64,000 nucleotides of DNA from Limnochordia bacterium (GTDB taxonomy: Bacteria; Bacillota; Limnochordia; DTU080): positions 224,001 to 288,000 of the forward strand of contig JBMNJG010000005.1 of NCBI GenBank assembly GCA_050951545.1. Direction: 5' to 3'. The translations under genes and the position numbers were made by a program. Of the stretch, positions 51,094-59,681 are shown piece by piece (within the stretch, counting starts at the first letter, position 1; each line of letters starts with the position of its first letter). The notes under the pieces are model-generated. The model was not told where the DNA came from. It ran no database searches and saw nothing but the letters and a program-made list of their open reading frames with translations.

Positions 51094-51528
51094 ATGGCCC
51101 GCGATGACGCACTAGGGTTTCTGATAGGAAGGGCATTGCGCCTTCACCATCAGCGTAGTCATGAGCTGATGGCTGACACGGACCTTCATCCAGGGCAGAT
51201 GCCGATCATGTTTGCCCTCTGGCGCCGAGATGGGCAAGCACAAAAAGACCTCGCTCATAGGCTCAACCTTTCCCCCGCCACGGTCACCGTGACAGTGAAC
51301 AGACTGGAAAAGGCAGGGATCTTGGAGCGCAGCAAAGACCCAGAAGATCAGCGCATCTCTAGAGTCTATCTGACCGAGCGCGGCCGCGACCTGCACGATA
51401 CTGTCGTGGCTTGTTTGCGCGCTACCGATGCAGAGTCTCTAGCAGGCTTCACACCAGAAGAGACGGCTGAACTGAAAGAGTATCTGTCGCGAGTAAGCGA
51501 CAATCTGAAGCGAGCCTCGCATCGCTAG
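51094..51528 (+). CDS. MarR family regulator
   Basis: QKDLA...ATVTVTVNRLEKAG...DQRISRVYLTERG. Confidence 0.93.
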   Translation: MARDDALGFLIGRALRLHHQRSHELMADTDLHPGQMPIMFALWRRDGQAQKDLAHRLNLSPATVTVTVNRLEKAGILERSKDPEDQRISRVYLTERGRDLHDTVVACLRATDAESLAGFTPEETAELKEYLSRVSDNLKRASHR

Positions 51529-51579
51529 ATGCCACGGCCGGATATCAACGTTGATGATGCTGGGAGTGAATAGAAAACT

Positions 51580-53310
51580 ATGGTGAAGCTCTCCTCCTAC
51601 CTCAAACCATACTGGAAAGCAGCTGTAGCTGCACCATTGCTGATGATGGTGGAAGTGATCATGGACCTCATGCAACCCACCTTGATGGCCACCATCGTGG
51701 ACGAAGGTGTCTTTGCCGGAGATGTCGCTTTGATTGCCCGTATGGGCGGCATGATGATCGGCGTAGCTCTGATAGGTGCTCTGGGAGGTATTGGCTGTAC
51801 CTACTTCTCGAGCCACGCCAGCATTGGCTTTGCCACCGACCTGCGTCAGGATCTCTTCGACAAGGTACAGTCATTCTCGTTTAGCAATCTGGACAACTTC
51901 GCGCCTGCATCGCTGATTACCCGACTGACAAACGACGTTACGCAGGTGCAGCACGTGGTGCTAGCCATGATGCGCATGCTTGTCCGCTCACCTTTGCTCT
52001 TTCTCGGAGGCACCTTGATGGCCATAAGCATTAACGCCAGACTGGCCATGATTATTCTCCTCGCCCTGCCGATCCTGAGCGTAGCCCTTTTCGTGGTGTT
52101 AACCAAGGGCTTTCCTCTCTTCGCCGCAGTCCAGACTAGACTCGATCGCGTCAATGAGGTGATGCAAGAGAATCTCGCCGGTGTGCGCGTCATCAAGGCT
52201 TTTGTCCGCGCCGACTATGAAAAGGACCGGTTTGCCGAAGCGAACGAGGGTCTGATGCGACACAGCGTGAAGGCCGGGCGGCTTATGGGCATCATGAACC
52301 CCATTATGATCCTCGTCATGAATTGCAGCATTGTCGCCGTCTTGTGGTTTGGCGGTAGGCAAGTGAACACGGGTAACATGCAAGTCGGGCAAGTGATGGC
52401 ATTTGTCACTTATATGAGCCGGATTCTCCACGCCCTGACAATGGCGGCCTTCTTTTTGATGAATATCTCGCGCGCCAAAGCCTCCGCTGACCGCCTTCGC
52501 GAGGTACTCAATACCGAGATAGACATCCGTGACAACCCCGGAGCCTCGACAGCACCTATTGAGCAGGGACGCGTGGTTTTCGAAGACGTCTCCTTCCGTT
52601 ACGAAGGAGCTAGCGGTCCTCCAGTGTTGAAGGGCATCTCCTTTTCCGCCGAACCCGGAGAGACCATAGCCATTCTGGGTTCCACAGGCTCCGGAAAATC
52701 CACCCTCGTGAATCTGATCCCGAGGTTCTACGAGGTGAGTCAAGGGCGAATCACCATCGACGGCACTGATATTCGCGATATTTCGTTAGCCACGCTGAGA
52801 GGCAGTATTGGCATGGTACTGCAGGAGTCGATCCTGTTTTCTGGTACGATTCGGGAAAACATCGGCTGGGGTGATGAGCAGGCCTCTGACGAAGAAGTAA
52901 TCGCCAGCGCGTCAGCAGCTCAGGCCCATTCCTTTATCAGTTCCTTCCCAGACGGTTACGAAGCCCAGGTTAGACAGGGCGGCGTCAATCTCTCTGGTGG
53001 GCAAAAACAGAGGCTGGCCATCGCTAGAGCGCTGCTCAAGAAACCGAAGATCCTGATACTCGATGACAGCACCAGTTCCGTCGACATGGGAACCGAAGCT
53101 CGTTTGCAGGCTGCATTGAGAGAACGGATGGCCGACTCCACGTGCTTTGTCATCGCTCAACGCATCAGCACCGTCCTCGATGCCGACCGAATCATCGTTC
53201 TCGAAGATGGTCAGATTGTGGGCATGGGCTCACACGAGGAACTGATTCGCTCATGCCATGTCTATCAGGATATCTATCATTCCCAGTTGGGCCGAGAGGA
53301 GGCCGTCTGA
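51580..53310 (+). CDS. Heterodimeric ABC exporter subunit A (TM287-like, degenerate site)
   Basis: TMD plus NBD; GSTGSGKST, LSGGQKQ and ILDDSTS (catalytic E to D). Confidence 0.92.
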   Translation: MVKLSSYLKPYWKAAVAAPLLMMVEVIMDLMQPTLMATIVDEGVFAGDVALIARMGGMMIGVALIGALGGIGCTYFSSHASIGFATDLRQDLFDKVQSFSFSNLDNFAPASLITRLTNDVTQVQHVVLAMMRMLVRSPLLFLGGTLMAISINARLAMIILLALPILSVALFVVLTKGFPLFAAVQTRLDRVNEVMQENLAGVRVIKAFVRADYEKDRFAEANEGLMRHSVKAGRLMGIMNPIMILVMNCSIVAVLWFGGRQVNTGNMQVGQVMAFVTYMSRILHALTMAAFFLMNISRAKASADRLREVLNTEIDIRDNPGASTAPIEQGRVVFEDVSFRYEGASGPPVLKGISFSAEPGETIAILGSTGSGKSTLVNLIPRFYEVSQGRITIDGTDIRDISLATLRGSIGMVLQESILFSGTIRENIGWGDEQASDEEVIASASAAQAHSFISSFPDGYEAQVRQGGVNLSGGQKQRLAIARALLKKPKILILDDSTSSVDMGTEARLQAALRERMADSTCFVIAQRISTVLDADRIIVLEDGQIVGMGSHEELIRSCHVYQDIYHSQLGREEAV

Positions 53311-53311
53311 T

Positions 53312-55210
53312 ATGGCAAACCGCAGTGATGACCGCCGACCTTCATACGGTTCAGACAAGTATGCGCCCGTCCGTCCTGGTGGCCCAGGTCGGCCCGGTCG
53401 ACATGGCAGAGGCCCCATGGGAATGATGGGACCCAAAGAGAAACCCAAAGACGCTCGGGGAACGTTGCGTCGCTTGTGGCACTACCTCGGCAGGCAGAAA
53501 TGGGCCCTACTGCTCTCTTTCTTCTTAGTCCTGGGCAGCTCGCTTGTCAGTTTGATCAGCCCCCTGTTCATTGGACGAGCCATTGACGCACTTGTTCTCG
53601 GGCCAGGAGCTGTAGACTTTGGCCGCCTGAGGTCCATCATCTCCACGATGCTCGTCATCTATGCGATCAGTGCTAGCTCCTCGTGGCTGCAGAACTACGT
53701 GATGGTCGGCATCTCACAGCGCACCGTGCATGATCTACGCCACGACCTCTTTGACAAGCTGCAGAGACTACCACTTCGCTTCTTCGATCGCCATACGCAC
53801 GGTGAAGTAATGAGCCGACTGGCCAACGACGTAGAGAACGTCAGCAATACCCTCACTTCGAGCACTACGCAGGTGTTCTCGAGCATCATTTCGGTCACTG
53901 GTTCGCTCACAGCCATGATCCTTCTCAGCCCGCTGCTCACGATGCTCAGTATGGTCACAATACCTCTGGGGATCTTCTTGACACGTCTGATCATCAAAAG
54001 AACGCGAGAGTTCTTTCTTGGCCAACAGCGAGAGCTTGGCAATCTCAACGGCTACATCGAGGAAATGGTGACTGGCCACAAGGTGGTGAAGGCGTTTGTC
54101 CGAGAACCGGAGACGAGCTCTTGTTTTCAAGAGATCAACACACGGCTGAAGAACTCCAGCATCAAAGCCCAAGTCTTCTCTGGGATCATCCCACCTCTGA
54201 TGAACGTCATGAATAACCTCTCCTTCGCCCTGGTCGCCGGGGCGGGAGGTTGGCTGGCAGTGCAACAGAGAATCACTATCGGGGTGATTGCTAGCTTCCT
54301 CAACTACTCCAGGCAGTTCGCCAGACCAATCAACGGCATCGCCAACCAGATCAACATGCTACAAGCGGCGCTGGCTGGAGCAGAGAGAGTCTTTGAGATC
54401 ATGGATGAGCCTGACGAGATGCCCGACGTTCCTGAGGCAGTAACGCCTGAGGTGCAAGGTGATGTGCGCTTTGACGACGTTTCGTTTGGCTATGTACCCG
54501 ACGTGCCTGTGCTCAAAGAGATCACCTTGCACGCCCAGCCAGGACAGACGATTGCTCTGGTAGGCCCAACTGGTGCGGGCAAGACCACTGTCGTCAACTT
54601 GCTCATGCGCTTTTACGATGTCGACTCGGGCTCTGTGGCAATAGATGAACATGACATTCGTAACCTCAAAAAAGACGGGTTGCGCCAATCGCTAGGTATG
54701 GTCCTGCAAGATACCTACCTTTTCTCTGGCACTGTCAGGGAAAACATCCGTTACGGGCGACTGGATGCTACAGATGAGGAAATCGAGGCCGCCGCCAAGA
54801 TGGCTAATGCGGATCCTTTTATCCAGCGGCTACCCGACGGCTATGACACGGCGCTTACGTCTGACGGTGGAAATCTGAGTCAGGGGCAACGACAGCTACT
54901 GACCATTGCTCGCGCCATTCTGGCTGACCCGGCGATTCTTATCCTGGATGAAGCTACAAGCAGTGTTGATACACGCACCGAGGCACACATCCAAAGAGCT
55001 ATGCTCTCTTTGATGGAAGGCCGTACAACCTTCGTCATCGCCCATCGCCTCTCAACTATCCGAGAAGCAGACGAGATACTGGTGATCAACGGTGGCCGAA
55101 TCATCGAACGCGGTACGCATGATGAACTACTGGCAGCACGCGGTTTCTACTACGAGCTCCACAACACCCAGTTCACGCGCCGTAGCCAGCTGAATCAGGG
55201 CATCGCCTAG
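53312..55210 (+). CDS. Heterodimeric ABC exporter subunit B (TM288-like)
   Basis: GPTGAGKTT, LSQGQRQ, ILDEATSSVD, IAHRLST; ATG 53312 behind GAGGAGG. Confidence 0.92.
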   Translation: MANRSDDRRPSYGSDKYAPVRPGGPGRPGRHGRGPMGMMGPKEKPKDARGTLRRLWHYLGRQKWALLLSFFLVLGSSLVSLISPLFIGRAIDALVLGPGAVDFGRLRSIISTMLVIYAISASSSWLQNYVMVGISQRTVHDLRHDLFDKLQRLPLRFFDRHTHGEVMSRLANDVENVSNTLTSSTTQVFSSIISVTGSLTAMILLSPLLTMLSMVTIPLGIFLTRLIIKRTREFFLGQQRELGNLNGYIEEMVTGHKVVKAFVREPETSSCFQEINTRLKNSSIKAQVFSGIIPPLMNVMNNLSFALVAGAGGWLAVQQRITIGVIASFLNYSRQFARPINGIANQINMLQAALAGAERVFEIMDEPDEMPDVPEAVTPEVQGDVRFDDVSFGYVPDVPVLKEITLHAQPGQTIALVGPTGAGKTTVVNLLMRFYDVDSGSVAIDEHDIRNLKKDGLRQSLGMVLQDTYLFSGTVRENIRYGRLDATDEEIEAAAKMANADPFIQRLPDGYDTALTSDGGNLSQGQRQLLTIARAILADPAILILDEATSSVDTRTEAHIQRAMLSLMEGRTTFVIAHRLSTIREADEILVINGGRIIERGTHDELLAARGFYYELHNTQFTRRSQLNQGIA

Positions 55211-55513
55211 TTCGACTTCAAGCGGTCGGGCAGGCAAACGGGCCCGACCTCTAACAGAACACGGGTCGAGGCTGCCCCCTCTTTCCAGTAGCACAGCACT
55301 GCCAGCTTGCGGTGCTGTGCTCAGTTGCTTATCATGTGGCCCTAGGTGCTGACGAAACACTGCAAGATCTGTTAAGCTACTAGCGAGACGATGGAGAGTT
55401 GTCGAGGCGGCTGCGGCAGGTGTTCGCCGCAACGTATACCATCGGTGGATGAAAATCGCGGGCCGCCGACATGCCCGCACAGCATAGCACGATGTTCTAG
55501 GGAGTGAAGAGTT

Positions 55514-55909
55514 TTGGCACGTCCTTCTATACCGCGTCATATAGGCTTCGTTCCCGGGGTGGTCTTTTTCAAGCCAGCGGGAGTTCGCCTGCGCGACATC
55601 GAGGTAGTCCTGCTCGGCCTCGAAGAGCTAGAGGCCTTGCGCCTAAAAGACGGGAAAGGCTTCGACCAAGAGACATGCGCTCAACACATGCGAGTCTCCC
55701 GTCCTACCTTTCAGCGCATTTTGCAGGGCGCTCGCCGCAAAGTGGCAATTGCCTTGACCCAGGGGAAGGCCATTCGGGTGGAGGGTTCCATCTACCATCC
55801 GCAAGCTGATCTGGCTGCCGACGAACTAGAGATTCATGCCATGAAAGACGGTGTGTGTCCACATTGCGACACAGGAGCCCATGCCGAGCCGGACGAAGAT
55901 GATGAATGA
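55514..55909 (+). CDS. DUF134 family putative DNA-binding protein
   Basis: MARP...FKPAGV...EELEALRLKD...QETCAQHMRVSRPTFQRILQGARRKVA...GKAIRVEG. Confidence 0.9.
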   Translation: MARPSIPRHIGFVPGVVFFKPAGVRLRDIEVVLLGLEELEALRLKDGKGFDQETCAQHMRVSRPTFQRILQGARRKVAIALTQGKAIRVEGSIYHPQADLAADELEIHAMKDGVCPHCDTGAHAEPDEDDE

Positions 55910-55950
55910 TCTATATGCCCGTAGCTAATCCGTAGAGAGCGAGGCCTGCT

Positions 55951-56628
55951 GTGCAACCGCAGATAAGCACTCTGTCCGCAGACCGATCGCTAGGTCGGGC
56001 TTTCCGTGTGTCACTTGATCTCCTGCTAGTCGGACTGGGCCTGGCCTGCCTTGCGCTGGGTACAGCTGTCACCGTGAGCACACCGTGGGGTGCCAAACCA
56101 TGGGATGTCTTTCACCTAGGTCTGGTCGCGCTAACCGGGCTCTCCATGGGGCGCATTTCGCAGCTGGTGAGCGTAGTTGCCGTAGCCCTTGCTCTCTTGC
56201 TGCGTGGGAAGACCATCACCTGGGTTACGCTGGTCAATGCCGTAGTGGTAGGCTTCCTGGTAGATGTCTTCTTGCCATTCATGCCCTACGTTACCGGAAT
56301 TCCTGGCCTGCTCTTCTTGGAACTCGGTGTGATCATCTCCGGAGTGGGTATGGGCCTTTACCTGGCTCCCGAGTACGGGGCCGGACCCAGAGACTCGCTG
56401 CTGCTAGCGATTGTCCGTCTGAGTGGCCTCTCGTTGTCATCTGCATGTGTGATTCAAGATCTGCTGGTGGTGGCCACGGGCTTCCTATTGGGCGGCCCTG
56501 TCGGCCTGGGCACCCTCGTGGCCGCTGTCACATCAGGTCCGTGGGTCGGGTTCTTTGTCGCCCGCATACGCGCAGCCAGGGAGAAAGTGACAGGCGACCA
56601 TCAGCGCCCAGGGTCCTGCAAAGCCTGA
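55951..56628 (+). CDS. YczE/YyaS/YitT family membrane protein
   Basis: GAKPWDVFHLGL, GAGPRDSL and LLGGPVGLGT motifs. Confidence 0.85.
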   Translation: MQPQISTLSADRSLGRAFRVSLDLLLVGLGLACLALGTAVTVSTPWGAKPWDVFHLGLVALTGLSMGRISQLVSVVAVALALLLRGKTITWVTLVNAVVVGFLVDVFLPFMPYVTGIPGLLFLELGVIISGVGMGLYLAPEYGAGPRDSLLLAIVRLSGLSLSSACVIQDLLVVATGFLLGGPVGLGTLVAAVTSGPWVGFFVARIRAAREKVTGDHQRPGSCKA

Positions 56629-57086
56629 ACAAACTCAGCGGCCGCCTTCTCGCTATATCGAGAAGCGCTTTTGCTTACTTTGCCCACCAGCCTGGTAATC
56701 AGCCTCTCGATGAAGCTCATCGTGGTCAAGTCCATCTCCCCGCCAAAAGCGGCCTTTGCCTTCGCCGCGTCAAGCAACTCCAGCGGATACGCAGCTTGCA
56801 GCTGCTTTTGTGCCTCCTCACCTTCGTGCCAGCAGCAGATGAAAAGACCCAGGCGCTTCTGCTTGAGCTCCTCGATATTCGCCAGGCAGAACTCCCGCAG
56901 TGCCGCGCTTACATGACCGAAGTATATGGCGCCGCCTACAATCACTGTGCCGAAAGGAGAGATATCGATGGCTGGCTCTTGCCGCAGATCTGCGAGAGCC
57001 ACCTCTCCAGGGAGCACCCGAGCCAGGGCCTCGGCATGGCGCAGCGTAGTCCCATGCCGCGTGGAATAGGCAATGAGCGTTCGCAT
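56601..57086 (-). CDS. Flavodoxin-domain protein (HemG-like)
   Basis: MRTLIAYSTRHGTT...VIVGGAIYFG...AFGG; ATG behind AAAAGGAG. Confidence 0.85.
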   Translation of the reverse strand: MRTLIAYSTRHGTTLRHAEALARVLPGEVALADLRQEPAIDISPFGTVIVGGAIYFGHVSAALREFCLANIEELKQKRLGLFICCWHEGEEAQKQLQAAYPLELLDAAKAKAAFGGEMDLTTMSFIERLITRLVGKVSKSASRYSEKAAAEFVQALQDPGR

Positions 57087-57215
57087 GTCATAGCTCCTTT
57101 TGACAGCATCTGTGTTCGACATAGATTCGACTGGTACCCTGTGGTACCTGCCTTGGGGCCAGAGGGAAAGCGTCATCGCTGCAGAATACCCCACCTGAGA
57201 AATGGGGGTCGAAAA

Positions 57216-58181
57216 GTGAAATTCCGCGCTTTGGGCAACACTGGCATGCAGGTGTCTGAGATCGGGCTGGGAGCTTGGCAAATAGGGGGACCTGTACGCG
57301 GCTACTTCGAGAAGCTAGGCTGGATCGCCCACGGCTGGGGCTCCGTCGATGATGCTGCCTCCATCAGGATGATGCACACGTTGGCTGATGTCGGCGTCAA
57401 TTTCGTTGATACTGCTGCCGTCTATGGCGCTGGCCACAGCGAAGAGGTTGTGGGTCAAGCAGTGAAAGGCAAGCGTCAGCAATGGATTATCGAGACGAAG
57501 GGCGGCGAGGGCTTTCACCAAGACGGTGTCAACTGGCGGGACTTCTCCCGGGCCAAACTGCTTAGCGAAATCGACGGAAGCCTGAGCAGACTAGGCACCG
57601 ATTACGTCGACGTTTATCTTTTGCATTCGCCCAGTGATGCCATATTCTGCCAAGGGGAGTGCCTCGAGGCTCTTGCGGAGATCAAGCAATCTGGCAAAGC
57701 GCGTTTCGTCGGTGCCTCGGTCTCCGGCAGCCAGGTGCCGTTTTGTGTGCAAACTGGGATCATGGACGTACTTCAGGTCCATGTCAACATTCTGAGCCCA
57801 GCGAGCACGGCTGAGAACCTGGCTCTGGCTGGAGACGCCGGCATAGGCATCGTCGCTCGAGGCGCCTTTGGCTCGGGGTTCTTTACAGGAAGCATCGATG
57901 CCACTACCGCGTTTTCGGAAAACGACCGGCGCAGCTGGCAGTCTGAACAGAGCAAGATAAGGTCAGCGACTGTTGCTCGTGCCTTTCAGTTTCTGGAGAT
58001 CCCTGGTCGCAGCCTGACCCAGAGCTATCTGCGCTACCTGCTTGCGCTCAAGGGTGTCTCCACGGTGATCGTCGGTTCGATGAACCTGCAACACATGCTA
58101 GAGAATGCTGCGACCCCCGACACTCCATTACTCACGCAACACGAACTGACGCGCATCGATGAGGTGCGATCCGTCCTGTGA
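57216..58181 (+). CDS. Aldo/keto reductase
   Basis: RALGNTGMQVSEIGLGAW, DTAAVYG, SLSRLGTDYVDVYLLH; real start is GTG 57216 inside the long 56085 ORF. Confidence 0.92.
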   Translation: MKFRALGNTGMQVSEIGLGAWQIGGPVRGYFEKLGWIAHGWGSVDDAASIRMMHTLADVGVNFVDTAAVYGAGHSEEVVGQAVKGKRQQWIIETKGGEGFHQDGVNWRDFSRAKLLSEIDGSLSRLGTDYVDVYLLHSPSDAIFCQGECLEALAEIKQSGKARFVGASVSGSQVPFCVQTGIMDVLQVHVNILSPASTAENLALAGDAGIGIVARGAFGSGFFTGSIDATTAFSENDRRSWQSEQSKIRSATVARAFQFLEIPGRSLTQSYLRYLLALKGVSTVIVGSMNLQHMLENAATPDTPLLTQHELTRIDEVRSVL

Positions 58182-59557
58182 GGGCCTTCTCGTCTCTCCG
58201 TCGGCCTGAGTTCGCACCTGGGCATCAGGGGAGAGATAGGCGTAGTCGACACCTGTTACGTAGGCTAGATCCTTTTCTAATGCCACCAGATCGCTCCGAT
58301 CGAGCTGAGAGGTGGCGTTTTTGCCTAAGGCCATCACGACGTGTTTCATGTCAGCCACGGCTGATTTCAGATAGTTGGTCAGATTTCGGACCCCTGCCTC
58401 TACGTCGAAACGCTCCTTCAGCTGTCCTGAGTAGAGCACCAGCTCTGTGGGGGGCTCCCAAGGGACCGCCTTACTCATCTGCTCTGATACCAGCGCCAGC
58501 ACGGCCACTGTCCCGACGTAGATCAGCATCGGCCCCCAAGGCTAGGGCTTTCAGCATCTGTCCTGGTGTGCGCAGCCCTCCTGCAGCGATGATGCTCATC
58601 TGGTCTCCGAACACCAGCCTGCTCACAGTAGCGTACGCCGCGTGCGAGAGCAACGAGAGTCGGTAGCCCGACATCGTCCTGAAGCGTCGTCGAGCCACCG
58701 TGAGTACCTCCCTCGTGACCGTCGATAGTGACGAAATCCACGCCAGCTCTGATGGCGACCTCCAGCTCTCGCTCGAGATGATGTGTAGCGCATAGTTTCA
58801 GACCAACTGGCACGCCTCCTGCCTCTTCCCGCAGACGGGGTACCAGGGCCATGAAATCCTCAACGCAATTGACGCCTGACAGGCGCGTATGGATGACCGC
58901 ATCTTCTCCAGCCTTGAGCCCAAAGACCTCTCGAAAATCCTGGCCGATATCCCCGGCGAGTGTGCTCTGAGGAGTCGCCGCCTGCGCTCCCTGACCCAAC
59001 TGTATCTCGACGGCATCCAGTTGGCGCAGCTTCTCCGGAGAGTTCATCCAGCCACCTCGATTGTACTGACCAATGAAGTGCGCGGCAGCCTCACGCTCCG
59101 ATGGCAGCAACCCGGCTTCTCCAGAGTTGGTTGCCGTGTCCATCAGCGTGGCAGCCTTTGCCAAGGCCACCTTGGCGGCTTCGCTGAGCGCCCCGCCAAA
59201 AGACATTCCCGCGATTAGGATGGGAATGCCCAGCCTTAGCGGTTTCTGCGCGGCTGGTCCGATGACTACCGCAGTGTCGATGGAACTGGTCTCCTGTGTG
59301 GGGAACCGCCATAGATGCACAGGGTTAAACAGAAGCTTGTCCCACGCAGACAAAGGGATGATGCTACCGAAAGGCCGCTGGAGAGGCTTTCCTTGCTCGG
59401 CCCGCAACGCCGTCTCGACGACATTAGTCAGCCCCTCTTTTTGCGTGGTCGAGACAAGCTCGTAAAGATTCTCTGTATAGCGCTCGTTGACCAGAGTCCG
59501 CAAGAAAGAGTCAACCATCGCATCCGCCACTCGACGACTCAACCAAGAGAAAACCAT
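58128..59557 (-). pseudogene. FMN-binding glutamate synthase family protein with two +1 frameshifts
   Basis: IAGMSFGGALS, EIQLGQGA and DFVTIDGHEGGT in frame 1; IAAGGLRTPGQMLKALALGADA in frame 2; IYVGTVAV... in frame 3. Confidence 0.8.
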
Positions 59558-59681
59558 CCGACATCCCCCACCGCTTTTTGCTTAGCTTGCACATAGAGCT
59601 CTTCCCCTAACCCAAACGACACTCCCTCGGATCCTGCCCGTCGGGAGGATTTCGTCGCCACCGTGTCAAAAATACGTATCC

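Noticed and set aside
56085-57215. Apparent 698-aa ORF giving an N-terminally extended aldo/keto reductase
   Set aside because: The extension overlaps the YczE-like gene and is antisense to the flavodoxin gene, with no protein-like composition; AKR homology begins at GTG 57216.
58128-59557. Selenocysteine or stop-codon read-through explaining the split gene
   Set aside because: The fragments are in different frames, so indels rather than an in-frame TGA explain the split.
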